64,000 nt of DNA from a virus (lineage: Duplodnaviria > Caudoviricetes): IMG/VR virus record IMGVR_UViG_3300037067_011302, positions 64,001 to 128,000 of that record. One strand, given 5' to 3'. Of this stretch, positions 36,575 to 48,226 are shown piece after piece; positions within the stretch are counted from its first letter, which is position 1, and each line of letters opens with the position of its first letter. The translations under genes and the position numbers were made by a program. Below the pieces are notes generated by a model, which worked only from the letters and a program-made list of their open reading frames with translations, searched no databases and was not told the DNA's origin.

Positions 36575-37969
36575 TTAACCTCTCATGCGACCGACGACCA
36601 TCATTCTGACTCGATTGTCAACATCGTCCACCATTTTGTGAAGGTACTTTTTGTCAATGAGGCGGGCGACAGCTAATCGAACAATGGAACTCTCATCGTG
36701 CATCATTTCAGGGAGATATTTGGGATCAATGCGATCAACAACACTATTTCGAACCCTGTCACTCTCATCGTGCATCATCATGGGGAGGTACGACTTATCA
36801 ATCATAAAGGCAACCTCAGCACGAACGAACTTGTCAGGATCATTCATCATCCTTGGAAGATATGAACGATCAATTCGTTGTGCAACAATTTCACGTATTG
36901 CAGCATCCTCATCATCAATCATTAAAGGAACGTATTTTTGATTAATCAAACGAACGGCACGTTCACGTACGTCTCGATTTGCATTCTTTGCCACATGAGG
37001 AATGTGTGAAGGATCAATCCGTTCAAATACGATTGAATACACATCAAACGAGTCATCATTCGTCATCTGAGGTAAGAATTCAACGTCAATATTTTTTGCA
37101 ACTACGTGCCGAATTATGATCCTATCATGATGAACGAATCTCACTAAGAATGGTTTCGCAGCATCGCACTCTAAGATAGATTTCAACATAAAGACATCAT
37201 CTTCGTACAATTTTAGCGCCTGTTCGACATCTTTTTCTGTTGCAATGTTATTCTTGATCTTTGCGAGCATGCTCATCTCTCGCTTCGGAGCGTCTTGCTC
37301 GACGATCTTCAATAGATCCTTCAGTTCATCAGGAACTTCGTCAAGTTGAACATCCTCTGCATCGAAGATGTCAACCTCTAGTATGCTGTTGTCCACGTCT
37401 CGTTGTGCAGCGAATGCAACCTTGTAAAGATGATTTGTCTTCGGTAACGTCTTTGAGAGTGCAAAATAGAACACGACATTTGCACCCGTGTACCGTTCGA
37501 AGTATGAGTGTTCCTTCATCGTGATGCACCACTTGGTGCCTGAACCGTATAATTGTGAAGCGCCCCTATTTTTGATGTGGACAAGTTCGTAGTCGTTGTC
37601 CTCACCCATCTTCTCAACGCCAGACTCCTTCGTTGCCTTTCGTTCTTGTGTCTTAGTGGGTGTGATCGACTTCAGCTCATCCTCAAGTTCCTTCAACGTC
37701 TTGTACGCGTTGATGTCCCTGTTCTTGAACTTAGGTCCATTCTTGTGGAAGAATTCAATGGTCGGAATCAAGTCATTGATACTTGCTCCCATTGACAATT
37801 GCTTCACTCCCCACAACAAGTACTTCTGTGAACCCGACGGATCCGATGAAACTAACTCATCGATCTCCTTCTCGAGTTCAGGATACTTTTTCTTCGCGTC
37901 AGAGACGCGGTCCTCGAGCAGCAGAACTTCATGGATCAGACGACGTAGCGTTACGAGGACGATCTTCAT
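36575..37969 (-). CDS. Leader + WCIT domain + LRV-like repeat protein, paralog C
   Basis: Same architecture as A and B; ATACTTA upstream. Confidence 0.8.
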   Translation of the reverse strand: MKIVLVTLRRLIHEVLLLEDRVSDAKKKYPELEKEIDELVSSDPSGSQKYLLWGVKQLSMGASINDLIPTIEFFHKNGPKFKNRDINAYKTLKELEDELKSITPTKTQERKATKESGVEKMGEDNDYELVHIKNRGASQLYGSGTKWCITMKEHSYFERYTGANVVFYFALSKTLPKTNHLYKVAFAAQRDVDNSILEVDIFDAEDVQLDEVPDELKDLLKIVEQDAPKREMSMLAKIKNNIATEKDVEQALKLYEDDVFMLKSILECDAAKPFLVRFVHHDRIIIRHVVAKNIDVEFLPQMTNDDSFDVYSIVFERIDPSHIPHVAKNANRDVRERAVRLINQKYVPLMIDDEDAAIREIVAQRIDRSYLPRMMNDPDKFVRAEVAFMIDKSYLPMMMHDESDRVRNSVVDRIDPKYLPEMMHDESSIVRLAVARLIDKKYLHKMVDDVDNRVRMMVVGRMRG

Positions 37970-37974
37970 GCACG

Positions 37975-37981
37975 TAAGTAT
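37975..37981 (-). promoter_or_regulatory. Putative late promoter ATAYTTA (representative copy)
   Basis: Same motif, with 0-1 mismatch, within ~25 bp of starts at 5008, 6685, 13371, 14152, 22434, 26010, 49384 (minus) and 22469, 55933 (plus). Confidence 0.7.
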
Positions 37982-37984
37982 GCA

Positions 37985-38701
37985 TCAGAGGTTCTTATTG
38001 ACAATCACAACAATCGTCTTCGTTGCACCGCTCTGAATGCCGGTGACGTTTACGTACATCTTGATCAACGTCTTGTCGGCCGTCGTGCCGTAGACCGTGA
38101 ACAAAGCGTCAGAAATGCTCTTGACCTGCAACGTGAACTGCACGCTCGATCCACCGTAGCTGTTCTCAGCCGGAGACCTGGTCACAATGTACGTTGCCTT
38201 CTGCTGCCCATCGATGTTCGTCGGCGTCTGTCGTTGAACCTGCAGAAACGCATTCGGAACGTCAATGATGAACGTCTGGTCACGCAGCTCAACGTCGATC
38301 GACGTCTCATTCACGATCGTCTGCTCAACAGTCATCGACGCAGTCTTCTGTTGATTCCTTCCCAACGTCACAGTCGACGTGGTGCCGTTGACGTTCGAGT
38401 CTCCTGACAGTGAGAAAGTCGGAAGCCTGAGTAAGTTAGGATTTGACACGCTGACGAGCTTATACTTCAACGCATGCGTTTGGTTCGTCATGCCCTCAAA
38501 GATCGGCGTGTTCTTCTCGATCTTCTCACGTCCCACGCTACGACCGTACTTCGTGATGATGCCGTAGTTGACCTCGTCATCTCCAAGCGCAAACTTAGTG
38601 ATCGAAAATGACCCGTCATTTCGAGCCAAGAACTGCCTCCCCGTGTCTGTGAGAACGCAGTCCATGATGATTGAATTGGTTGATGAATCGAGAAAACCCA
38701 T
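37985..38701 (-). CDS. Baseplate-type structural protein
   Basis: MGFLD..D.VLT..GR..LA..ITKFALGDDE motif. Confidence 0.65.
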   Translation of the reverse strand: MGFLDSSTNSIIMDCVLTDTGRQFLARNDGSFSITKFALGDDEVNYGIITKYGRSVGREKIEKNTPIFEGMTNQTHALKYKLVSVSNPNLLRLPTFSLSGDSNVNGTTSTVTLGRNQQKTASMTVEQTIVNETSIDVELRDQTFIIDVPNAFLQVQRQTPTNIDGQQKATYIVTRSPAENSYGGSSVQFTLQVKSISDALFTVYGTTADKTLIKMYVNVTGIQSGATKTIVVIVNKNL

Positions 38702-38818
38702 GATTTGTTCCTGTCAGAAATATCGGCGTTGAATCGATCTTACACCAGATCACTGACATGTCGCTCTAAGGGCCGCACAATTGACAATGGATGTCTCCTC
38801 ATCCAACGCTCAAAGGCG

Positions 38819-40765
38819 TCACCGTGACCTCTTGATGTCCTTCCTGACGGTCCTAGACGGTTTCAGCAGCTTCTTGTTCTTCGACGGCTCACCGACGGTC
38901 GTCCTATCATCGATCGAGACGTTTATGCGACCGTCACGTTGGTTGTCGAGGTTGATCACCTGCACAACGTACGAACCGACGTCCTGCTTCGTCGACACGA
39001 CCTTGACAGTCCGACCATCACCGTCAACGACAGAATAGAAATCAGGATTGAAGTACAACTTCGCGCGGCGCGATGATGAACCCGACGTCCTGATGGTGTC
39101 AACGAACGCATCAACGTTGATGTACATGTTTGGGTACGGCATCGGGGCACCGCTGTGACTGACCAACGTCCTCTTCAACTTATTTGAAAATTGGTCGAAC
39201 CACACCTCAAATTGTTCGGAATAGTTTGACGTGAATCCGTGAGCATCGATTGCAACGACTGCGTAGATGTATTTCGATTCGCTGGCTTTGAAATCATCGT
39301 CATAATAGAACGTATACGGAGTCGACGTCTTCTCAACTAATTCGGGCATCATCGTCTCACGCGAGGGTTGTGGCACGTCTGAGTCGTTGAAATCAAATGC
39401 CTTGATGAGCTCAAACGGACTCTCAACGTCCTTCCTACGAAAGACCTGAAATTGCTTGATGTCCCGCTGCGAATTTGGAGGAAATGCCCAGTGAATCATC
39501 AGACTACCGTGTGCGTTGACATCGAACGATGCTCCTGCTATCTGATTTCCTTCCAATAACGTAGAATTGATGCGTTCATAATCCCACGTAAAATTGAAGT
39601 CTGCAGGTGGAGGAGGTGCGATGTGTTCTTCAGTCACAACGTACGTCTTGTTTGACGGTCGTGAGCTGATCAACAACTTCAAGAATGCCAACGTTCCTGA
39701 GTCATCGTCTATCGCCGGAAGCACGAAGTGCGCAATCGCTCTGATCGCATACGCATACCTCGAACCGTACTTGACGTTGAAGTCAAGCGTGTGAAGTGTC
39801 TTCGGATTATCGATGACGATCGACGGGTGTGACTTCACTGTTCCATCATCAAAAATTTCAACCTTGTCGACGATGTACCCAACGATCTCTGGAACGTTGT
39901 CATTCGACGTAATGTTGCTCGGCATCACTCCGACGTGCTTGACAAACGTCTTGTAGTCTAACTCTGAGATTGTCTGCCTCCTCGATAGTGCTCTTCGTTG
40001 AAGTTTGTCAGCCGACGTACTGAGTGTGCCGACGTCAGACGCAAACGGTGAGTGAGGATCAACGATCGTGTCATTGATGATGTCGTTCACAAATCTGCTG
40101 CTGATCTGCACATTCACCGCAGCGTCCTTCTCCTCACGCAGTCTATCGGCAATGACCTGTACTCCTTCATTCTTGAAGAAACGTGCACCACTCGATTTGT
40201 CGAGCTGTGAAAGAGCGCCGTTCAAGAACGCCGGATTGATTGATTTTGGCGTCAAAGAATTCAACCTACTCGAGGCTTTGTGCGCACTGACATCTGAATC
40301 AATCACGTCTGTCGAACTAGCCTCACGCACGGTCAACGAGCCGGAGACAAATTGGTGTAGCTTGTCGTCCAATTCACCATCGTGAAAGTTGACGGCAACA
40401 TAATCGTCAGACGAAAACGTGTCCTCAGTGAGCACTTTGTCTAGGTTGTCACCGATCAATGATCCATATTGAACGCTACGAGGCAACGAGACATTTCGCT
40501 GTCGTGCTTCTGAAAATCTATGTTCAGACAAGACGGTTGCTTCCCAATTGAGGCTGACATACCTCGGAACGCGGGTCGACGCGTACTGGATGAAGTCTGA
40601 ATCGTACTCATCGGTACGCCGTGTTATCTCGCTCTGTGGCACGATTCCAACATCTGACGTGCACTCATCATGAACAAAGTAATTGTAGACGAACTTACCG
40701 ACGAACGACTTGACCTCAGGAACGTCGACGGCATAGACAAGACGTGAAGGCAGTGACGTTGACAT
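38819..40765 (-). CDS. Virion protein with Fn3/Ig-like domains
   Basis: YAYAIRA; PPPPADF; YIYAVVAIDAHG..SNYS. Confidence 0.65.
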   Translation of the reverse strand: MSTSLPSRLVYAVDVPEVKSFVGKFVYNYFVHDECTSDVGIVPQSEITRRTDEYDSDFIQYASTRVPRYVSLNWEATVLSEHRFSEARQRNVSLPRSVQYGSLIGDNLDKVLTEDTFSSDDYVAVNFHDGELDDKLHQFVSGSLTVREASSTDVIDSDVSAHKASSRLNSLTPKSINPAFLNGALSQLDKSSGARFFKNEGVQVIADRLREEKDAAVNVQISSRFVNDIINDTIVDPHSPFASDVGTLSTSADKLQRRALSRRQTISELDYKTFVKHVGVMPSNITSNDNVPEIVGYIVDKVEIFDDGTVKSHPSIVIDNPKTLHTLDFNVKYGSRYAYAIRAIAHFVLPAIDDDSGTLAFLKLLISSRPSNKTYVVTEEHIAPPPPADFNFTWDYERINSTLLEGNQIAGASFDVNAHGSLMIHWAFPPNSQRDIKQFQVFRRKDVESPFELIKAFDFNDSDVPQPSRETMMPELVEKTSTPYTFYYDDDFKASESKYIYAVVAIDAHGFTSNYSEQFEVWFDQFSNKLKRTLVSHSGAPMPYPNMYINVDAFVDTIRTSGSSSRRAKLYFNPDFYSVVDGDGRTVKVVSTKQDVGSYVVQVINLDNQRDGRINVSIDDRTTVGEPSKNKKLLKPSRTVRKDIKRSR

Positions 40766-43700
40766 CAGATCGACTCCTTACCATACGTTTCGATTGACAC
40801 GAAGTACTTCTCAAATGTCATGTCACCCTCTCCTCGATCACGATCGCGGTACCTGTACGAATTCACAGTCGAGTCAAGGCCTCCTCTTATGACCTTCACC
40901 AATGTATTCATCGATACGTCACTTGCCCTCTTGATCTCTGATGAATTGACGCGACCAACTGCGGTGACGTCACCCTGTTTGATCAACTGTTCTAGCACGC
41001 GTTTGCCGTGAGGCGTTCTAGTCGTCATCGCGTAGTCTATTTCAAATTCATCCGGATCAATGATGACGTTGAACACCCTGTCAAACTTCTTTGGTGTCAA
41101 GATGCCCTTGAGCACGTTCTTTGGATCAGCAAATGGGATGATCATTCTTGACATTCCATCGATCACTCGCATTCCGTGCACGACAGCCTCAGCAGAACCA
41201 GCATTGATTCCTGAGATGCTCGTTGCCAACGTATCAACGCTCGGGCGAGCAATATTGGTGTCAACTATCGACTTCGCAATCGATTCTTTTGATGAATCCG
41301 GCGCACCGTACACGGGCATCGTTGACGTAAACAACGCTCCATTCGTCACCTTTGAAAACGATGATGCACCAATCGAACGTTCATTGACAGTTGACAGGAA
41401 CTTCTCGGCCAACGACTTTACAGTCGTGGGATCGATCAATTTCGCAATCGATGAAAGCGTGAACCTGTGCTCTCCAACGTTCAGGCCCGTCATGACCTTG
41501 ACGTATAGTTCCAACAGATAACTGATCACGTGATTTTGTGCCAACTCACGTTTCTCATCATCGCTCAAGAATGAATACGACGCGTCATCAAATGCTGCGA
41601 CGTTGCCCCTTCCGACGGCTCCTGTCGAAGCAACGTATCGACTCACTGTCCCACGGCCGACGCCAAAATCACGCATTGGTGCAGACGCAATGACGTCATC
41701 AATGTGTGAATTGCCCGACAATTGATCGTATTCATCATCATTACGCACAGGAAATCTTGACATCTCGAACAAAAACTTTCGTGGTTTGTACACGATGTCA
41801 CTGTTCTGAACGTCGATCTTATACACAACAACGTTGACAACATCGTCCTGTCTCTGTAAGTCAGACGTGTTTCTCACATCTTTGAGTTGAAACTTCTGTT
41901 GCAATTTCTTCGTAAAGCCCAGAGGCACGCCGACCGTCAAAATCTTCTTGTTGTAACCTTTCTTTGATGACATTGATTCTGATTTGAAGAATTCAAGAAC
42001 AATGCTCTTCATCTTCGTTGACAACACGCTGTCATCCAACATTTTCACGATGTCATCATTATCAAAGTTGCCATCATAGTCAACGTCTCCGGCCCTAGAA
42101 GCGACGGACGTTAAACTGGCGCGTGCTGACACGTCTCTGATCAACGATGAAGCAATGTATATCTGTTGAACGTTCATCAACATCCCCAATAGGTTAGCGT
42201 CGACGATTGAAGCGATTGAGTCAATCGTCTCTCGGTGAACTTTTGATTCAAGAGAATCAATCATGTTCTTTGTCGCTGAAGACAATTTCTGCAGTGCATT
42301 CATCACGACGTACGTTGACTGTTGTGCCAGTGACACCTCACGTTCAATGCGCGTGAGCATGTCGTTCACCTGTTCGTAGTGTGTGATGTTCGTTCGTGCA
42401 ATGTTGAACATCATTGCACCTGTCATTGCACCGCCAACCGTCGTGTTCAATGAAACAGACTCAAACGTTTGATTTCCATACTTTGCACACGTCGTCACCA
42501 ACGCATCAAACGTCATCATCATCACGATCGTGTCAACACATCCGCTGTACCTCGTCCTGTCATTCAGCAACGAACCTGACTTGGAGAACGTTGAACTGAT
42601 TGCCTTCATGTACGACGTAATGAACTTTGACACGTACGTTGATCCCTGCAACATCGTTTTGATGTCATCCAACGAAGGTGACAACGTCGTCATCGGATTA
42701 TATGAACCGGCAGCGTCAAAGAAGGGACTCATCGTTGTCTTCAACGATCCAAAAGGCAACTTTGATGACGTTATCTTGAGTTCTGCAACGATCAATTCAA
42801 TGACGTGTTGTAACGCTTGTTGGACGACTGACAAAGTCATGTCAGGTGGAGCAAGCGTATTGAACAGCGATGTTCCGGTGTCAGATGCCATCGTGCACAA
42901 GACGAAGTAGACAAACAACAACGATCGAAGGCGTAGATTGTCATTTGAAAGCGCCAACACTGCACACATTCCATCAACGTTGACCTGTTGGTTCGTGATG
43001 CCCGTCTTTTCATCTAGAATTGGTTGAATCACGGCCTTCATCAACAACAACGGATCGCTAAGTGTTTCAGAGAACTTGCCAGCAGCCTTGTCTGTCGAAT
43101 CAAACGTTTGTGCCGACAATAAATTTAGGCCGCCGACCAAGGTACCAAACTGCTTGTGCATCGTCGTCAGTGAGACGTACAGTTCCTTCAACCTAGACGT
43201 GTCAAAACGACCTGCATCAAAGTTCATCACCGAATCAACGTAGTATGCAGAACCTGGCGTCAACGTTCCAACGCTCGACTCAATGAATTGTTTTTCGAAC
43301 GTCAACACGACTGAACTCGTCGTCGGTCGAACCTGTGCAACTGACGCTAGCGATCCAGCGTTCGTCAGTGGAACATCATCGACAGACCTTCCCACGTGTC
43401 CGATCACCTTGTCAAACAACTCAACGTTCCCATTCTGTACGACTTGGTACTTGAAGTCGTCCAACAACGTCCGCTGCACGTCAGACAACGACAGGCCTCT
43501 CGAATAGCGATATTCCTTTGAAATTTGATTGACGAGCGCCGCAACCTTGGTCTCTGACGTTTGAAATGACGTATCAGCATACAATTCATTCCATGCCTTC
43601 TCCACCTGTTGAAGCAACGTGTTTGCATTCGATGAATTCAAAGAACTAATCGTGCCGATAGTGGGAACGTCAGTGAACTTTCCCTCCAACGAAAAACGTC

Positions 43701-44754
43701 GATCATCATTCGTAACAATCGTTGATGCATTGTCACTATTTTTTTGACGTGCGGTACCGAAGTCAACCAATCCAAGCGAATGGTACCTGTACAGGTCCTT
43801 CATCTCTGACAACAACTGTAGCCACACCTTCGACGACATGAAGGTTGCATTCACCGTCGATGGATCGTACCCAAATTTCACGAGAACGTCAGAAAATGAA
43901 TACTTTGTCGGAAGAGTCCTCTTTGCAAAGCTCAACAGACGATTGACAGAGTTCGTCGTGTACTGTTTGCTGAACGCAAGCGTAAATCCTTGGATGAACG
44001 TCTCCACTTGAACGTCATACATTACGTCATGTAGGTCCAAACGCTTCTTCAATTGTTCAAGTCCCTGAACGAGCGCGAACAATGCATCAACGACATCCCG
44101 ATATTTAGCGATCGTCATCTCGAATTCAGACGACTTACTCTTCAACAAATTCCTCAAATCAGCGTGTCGAAATGACAAATTTTTCACGAGTGAACGAACG
44201 TCATCATGTCTGAGCGATCTGACATTAAGTTGCGTCAGCATGAACCTACCAGCAGACGTCAACGTATAGTCGTCACCGTCGTGTGATGACTGTGTGACGC
44301 CGTCATCCTTCCTGTACAACGGAAGAAAGTTCGTGAGCATGACAATCTCTGGACGTTCATTTGAAATACCTGTCAACTTTTCAAACGGTTCCAACGCTCG
44401 AGCCGACAATAAGTTGTCATCAATGTCGTCAATTTCGAGTAGATCAATGTCTGCGCGTGGACCATAGCTAGTCACGATCGAATTTACGTTCCTCTGCATT
44501 GACGTCAACGTGGGCTCACTACCGTTGACGATTGAATCAACAATCGAAGAGATCGTCGTAATTGAAGATGCACCCAGTGACGTAATGTTTGAAACAGGAA
44601 TCGGAACGAGAGCTGCCGGAGATGCTGATGATGCATTTGAAATTGAAGGACTTGCCTGTGATTGAACGGCGGCAGAAATAGTCCCAACGATCGATTGCAC
44701 CTGCGGGTTACCGAGCGATGCTGCATTCTTTGTTAGTTTGAACGTTCGTGACAT
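40765..44754 (-). CDS. Large hypothetical protein (likely virion)
   Basis: About 1330-aa ORF, translationally coupled within the structural block. Confidence 0.75.
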   Translation of the reverse strand: MSRTFKLTKNAASLGNPQVQSIVGTISAAVQSQASPSISNASSASPAALVPIPVSNITSLGASSITTISSIVDSIVNGSEPTLTSMQRNVNSIVTSYGPRADIDLLEIDDIDDNLLSARALEPFEKLTGISNERPEIVMLTNFLPLYRKDDGVTQSSHDGDDYTLTSAGRFMLTQLNVRSLRHDDVRSLVKNLSFRHADLRNLLKSKSSEFEMTIAKYRDVVDALFALVQGLEQLKKRLDLHDVMYDVQVETFIQGFTLAFSKQYTTNSVNRLLSFAKRTLPTKYSFSDVLVKFGYDPSTVNATFMSSKVWLQLLSEMKDLYRYHSLGLVDFGTARQKNSDNASTIVTNDDRRFSLEGKFTDVPTIGTISSLNSSNANTLLQQVEKAWNELYADTSFQTSETKVAALVNQISKEYRYSRGLSLSDVQRTLLDDFKYQVVQNGNVELFDKVIGHVGRSVDDVPLTNAGSLASVAQVRPTTSSVVLTFEKQFIESSVGTLTPGSAYYVDSVMNFDAGRFDTSRLKELYVSLTTMHKQFGTLVGGLNLLSAQTFDSTDKAAGKFSETLSDPLLLMKAVIQPILDEKTGITNQQVNVDGMCAVLALSNDNLRLRSLLFVYFVLCTMASDTGTSLFNTLAPPDMTLSVVQQALQHVIELIVAELKITSSKLPFGSLKTTMSPFFDAAGSYNPMTTLSPSLDDIKTMLQGSTYVSKFITSYMKAISSTFSKSGSLLNDRTRYSGCVDTIVMMMTFDALVTTCAKYGNQTFESVSLNTTVGGAMTGAMMFNIARTNITHYEQVNDMLTRIEREVSLAQQSTYVVMNALQKLSSATKNMIDSLESKVHRETIDSIASIVDANLLGMLMNVQQIYIASSLIRDVSARASLTSVASRAGDVDYDGNFDNDDIVKMLDDSVLSTKMKSIVLEFFKSESMSSKKGYNKKILTVGVPLGFTKKLQQKFQLKDVRNTSDLQRQDDVVNVVVYKIDVQNSDIVYKPRKFLFEMSRFPVRNDDEYDQLSGNSHIDDVIASAPMRDFGVGRGTVSRYVASTGAVGRGNVAAFDDASYSFLSDDEKRELAQNHVISYLLELYVKVMTGLNVGEHRFTLSSIAKLIDPTTVKSLAEKFLSTVNERSIGASSFSKVTNGALFTSTMPVYGAPDSSKESIAKSIVDTNIARPSVDTLATSISGINAGSAEAVVHGMRVIDGMSRMIIPFADPKNVLKGILTPKKFDRVFNVIIDPDEFEIDYAMTTRTPHGKRVLEQLIKQGDVTAVGRVNSSEIKRASDVSMNTLVKVIRGGLDSTVNSYRYRDRDRGEGDMTFEKYFVSIETYGKESI

Positions 44755-44761
44755 TTTAGCC

Positions 44762-47203
44762 TCAAACAATCACGACGTTTGACGTCGCACCTTCACCGGT
44801 CGAATAATCGTTATAGATCGGCATCACAAAATACCTCAGTGAACCTGAATCTCGTGTGCCCAATTCGTGAATGAACTGACAACCTCCCTCTGAAAATGAG
44901 GAGTGTGCCTTTCCAACAATGAACCTAATTCCATCGACGACTTTCATCACGACAAAGTGATCGCATTCAGTGGTACGCCCAACGACGTTCCATGAAACAA
45001 TATTCGTGCCAACATCAAACTTTGATACATTCGCACTGTCAACATGTGAACGTGCGACTTGTAGCCGTACTTCGATCGATGACACAACGCCAAGTTCACC
45101 GTGTGTCATCTCGTCTTTTGCAAATCTCTTCATTGCACCGTTCCTCGTGACGATCGTTCCCTCGTTGAGGTTAATCGGGTGCATAAACTTTGACGGACTG
45201 AAGACGTATGACTTTTTCGTAATTTCGTCGACACTGCTCTTGATGAACTTATCAAACATCGTCTCAGGTGAACGCATTAGCACTGAAACATCGTACCTGT
45301 ACCTATTCCCACTCACCAGAGGTTCAACTGCATAGTTTGATCGTAGCAACTTGTCAGAAAATCTTGAGACGGTGACAACTCCAAAGTCCTCTCGTAGACC
45401 GGTCGTCATGTTGATTCGGTGCACCTTGTACGCAATCAATCCGCTGAGAAATTCACGTTCCTTTTCAACGTCACCTTGAAATAATTCCATCTGCTGCGAC
45501 GTCGTCAACAATGATTTCAACACATCGTGATGATTCTCTAGGATTGACGAATTAATGGTGAACGATACGTCGTAACCACCGACGTTCGTGACCTCGAGGT
45601 CGGTCAACGATAGTGAGACTTTTCCTGGATTTTGAATGACATATTCAACAGTGTGATGGCCAACCAATTCAACTGAACCACACCTGTAAAATATTTTCGC
45701 GGCATACTCGTACACGTTGTGTTGCTTGACGTTCTTGTCAATCGTAATGATGCTGTCGGCTTCACGTATGCTGTCAGTAATCAACAACACGGTGCCTCCA
45801 ACGTTGCTGTGTGATTTTTCGAACAACGTCAAATTTCTGACACAAAATTCGACTGACACAACGTCAGTCGGTATTTTCGATGCCTCTAACTGAATTCCAC
45901 CATCAACCAACTTTGCCGTCAATGAGAATGATTTGATCCGTTGACCACGTGTAGTGCCGACGACGACGTTCGTGTACTCAGAACCGACGCATCCACTTTT
46001 ACCGATCGGAATGACGCGGTAGATGGTGGCAGAACCCTTGGGAACATCAACGCTGATCATCAACGATGGATCGGATGCTTTCACGTCGTATGAACCAATG
46101 TATGCATACGTCCCATCACCAACCGTTGAACAGTTAATGCGTTTGTAGTATACGTTCACCGCAACTGCTTTCTTGTCAATCTGTTTAATGTCAAGCAGTG
46201 CCTTTGACACAGCGTCTGACTTCAAGACATTCACGATCGGAGGAATCCTAGGTGTATAGAACAATTGCACGTGACGAGCAAGGTCTAGTTGCTTGATCAT
46301 GGTGGCCACTGACGTTCCGTCTGCGCTGTCAATGAGATCAAATTTTACGTTGAACGTTGAATTCGATGAACCGTCGACCGTCCTAGCACTGAACGGAATT
46401 GTAACATCGACAGGAATTGTGAGGTCATCGCACGATTCAGTGACGACAACGTGCGTCATCTCATCGTCAGCCACGTCGTCTGTCAACTTACCCTTCTTTA
46501 CGTCAACAGTCAAGTGTGAATTCAACAATTGCACGCGCGGCGACGTTGAAACTTCTTGAGTGATGCTCGTCCTAGACACGCCCTGTGACGAATCAAATGC
46601 AGTCGCGGCACGTGCATTGAGATTCAACGATGTCGACGGATCGACGTTCTGCCTAACGATCATGTCCTGCATCATTGCCCGTGAACTGACGCTAGAGGAC
46701 ACATACGATGGTGCATCATATTTGAACTCACGCGTCAACAACGGAAGCGTTTCATTCGATCGTTTGACAGACAACGTCGAAACAAGCTTTAGTGATTTTT
46801 TGTTCAACTGGACGATGCTGTCACTCGGAACATTTGCTAGCAATTGACCGACGACTTCGTTGTTCACGAATGACGTGATGCTGCTATCACGTGAGACGAC
46901 GTTGTATGATTCCTGTTGTCTCATTGCGTTGCGAGCATTTGACGTATCAGTCAGAATGTTCGTGATAAATTCATTGGAATCTATCGATCCGAGGTGCGTT
47001 GCCGTCAACATGGGACTCTTCGCGATTGACCTCGTCGACACCGAGACATTCACCGACAACAATTCCGATGAAATCGTTGATCGTTGGTTGACTGAATAGT
47101 GAAATCGAAACGTCGCATTGCCGACATCATCAACGTTCACCAATTGAGCGTAATCGTCATCGATCGTCAACAGACTAGCGCGTTTCTGTAATCGAAAGTA
47201 CAT
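44762..47203 (-). CDS. Virion protein with beta-sandwich domains
   Basis: 813-aa beta-rich ORF; YEY/YRY strands. Confidence 0.65.
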   Translation of the reverse strand: MYFRLQKRASLLTIDDDYAQLVNVDDVGNATFRFHYSVNQRSTISSELLSVNVSVSTRSIAKSPMLTATHLGSIDSNEFITNILTDTSNARNAMRQQESYNVVSRDSSITSFVNNEVVGQLLANVPSDSIVQLNKKSLKLVSTLSVKRSNETLPLLTREFKYDAPSYVSSSVSSRAMMQDMIVRQNVDPSTSLNLNARAATAFDSSQGVSRTSITQEVSTSPRVQLLNSHLTVDVKKGKLTDDVADDEMTHVVVTESCDDLTIPVDVTIPFSARTVDGSSNSTFNVKFDLIDSADGTSVATMIKQLDLARHVQLFYTPRIPPIVNVLKSDAVSKALLDIKQIDKKAVAVNVYYKRINCSTVGDGTYAYIGSYDVKASDPSLMISVDVPKGSATIYRVIPIGKSGCVGSEYTNVVVGTTRGQRIKSFSLTAKLVDGGIQLEASKIPTDVVSVEFCVRNLTLFEKSHSNVGGTVLLITDSIREADSIITIDKNVKQHNVYEYAAKIFYRCGSVELVGHHTVEYVIQNPGKVSLSLTDLEVTNVGGYDVSFTINSSILENHHDVLKSLLTTSQQMELFQGDVEKEREFLSGLIAYKVHRINMTTGLREDFGVVTVSRFSDKLLRSNYAVEPLVSGNRYRYDVSVLMRSPETMFDKFIKSSVDEITKKSYVFSPSKFMHPINLNEGTIVTRNGAMKRFAKDEMTHGELGVVSSIEVRLQVARSHVDSANVSKFDVGTNIVSWNVVGRTTECDHFVVMKVVDGIRFIVGKAHSSFSEGGCQFIHELGTRDSGSLRYFVMPIYNDYSTGEGATSNVVIV

Positions 47204-47209
47204 GATTCC

Positions 47210-48178
47210 TCACTGGAATACCAACGTAAAGATGTGAACAAATGTGTGCGTGCCGTTACCGTCCAACATGACCTTTCCGACAAAGAACGCATGGCGCGTT
47301 GAACCATTGATGATGTACTTTCCGAACTCAATCACGTCAAGCTTTTTCAATGAATCGTTGTTGATCTCAAAGAACTGAGCAACGAGACGATTGTTACGTG
47401 ACGTAGGATCGAATGAGATCGTCTTACAACACCCGACCCTCTCAAAGTGTGCCAACTCACTCTCCAGTTGTTCACCAGAAAGTGATGACCTTGATTTTCC
47501 CCAAGGCCTGAAATTTCCCAATAGACGTGGTTTAGAGCCTTCAGTAACTTTGTTGATTGGTGGCAAGTACCTAAAGTTGACGAGCCGACTAAGACGAGGA
47601 TCATTGAATAGGCTCTCAACGTCAGTCAAGTTCACCGTCCGCAACGAACTGTCAGGCACCGGTGATGTGTTAGTCATCACAAATGTCAATGAGTCATTCC
47701 CTATGCCGAATCCATCGTCCTCGAAAATCGGATCGTGCGTTCCGATGATCCTGAGGTTTCTGAAGTTGTCAGGAGATGACATCAACAACGATTGTGCAGT
47801 GGACGCAAATTCCTCACCGTTCATGAACGTCATTCCGGTGCTAGAACCCGTCAACACGGTGCCCATCGATTCATCGAACGTGCACTGTACGATCTGACCA
47901 TCGCACACTGAGATTCCTTCAGTGTTCTTGAACGGCAACAATCGTCCAGAATCATCCGCCTCGAACGTCACCTGATCCTGAGGAAGGTGACATGCCTCGA
48001 GGTAAATTCTGGTCGTTGCATCGGCGGAACCACTCACGACGTCCGCTTTGTAATACGTCGCGGAGTCCGTGAATGACACAAACTCAACCTTCAACTTGCC
48101 CGACGCTATCTGTCGTCGACCTTCAAGCGTCACAAGCGTGTCGATCACGCGTTGTTTGTTGTCTAGAATACCACTCAT
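47210..48178 (-). CDS. Baseplate-type structural protein; N-terminus related to 37985-38701
   Basis: GILD..R.IDT.VT.EGRRQIA...F.D. Confidence 0.6.
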   Translation of the reverse strand: MSGILDNKQRVIDTLVTLEGRRQIASGKLKVEFVSFTDSATYYKADVVSGSADATTRIYLEACHLPQDQVTFEADDSGRLLPFKNTEGISVCDGQIVQCTFDESMGTVLTGSSTGMTFMNGEEFASTAQSLLMSSPDNFRNLRIIGTHDPIFEDDGFGIGNDSLTFVMTNTSPVPDSSLRTVNLTDVESLFNDPRLSRLVNFRYLPPINKVTEGSKPRLLGNFRPWGKSRSSLSGEQLESELAHFERVGCCKTISFDPTSRNNRLVAQFFEINNDSLKKLDVIEFGKYIINGSTRHAFFVGKVMLDGNGTHTFVHIFTLVFQ

Positions 48179-48226
48179 TCCTGAGTGAAATATGGTTCTC
48201 GATGTCTACAGACGCCCGAATGAATT

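Noticed and set aside
38702-38818. tRNA or structured ncRNA in the intergenic gap
   Set aside because: No cloverleaf, T-loop or convincing stem pattern
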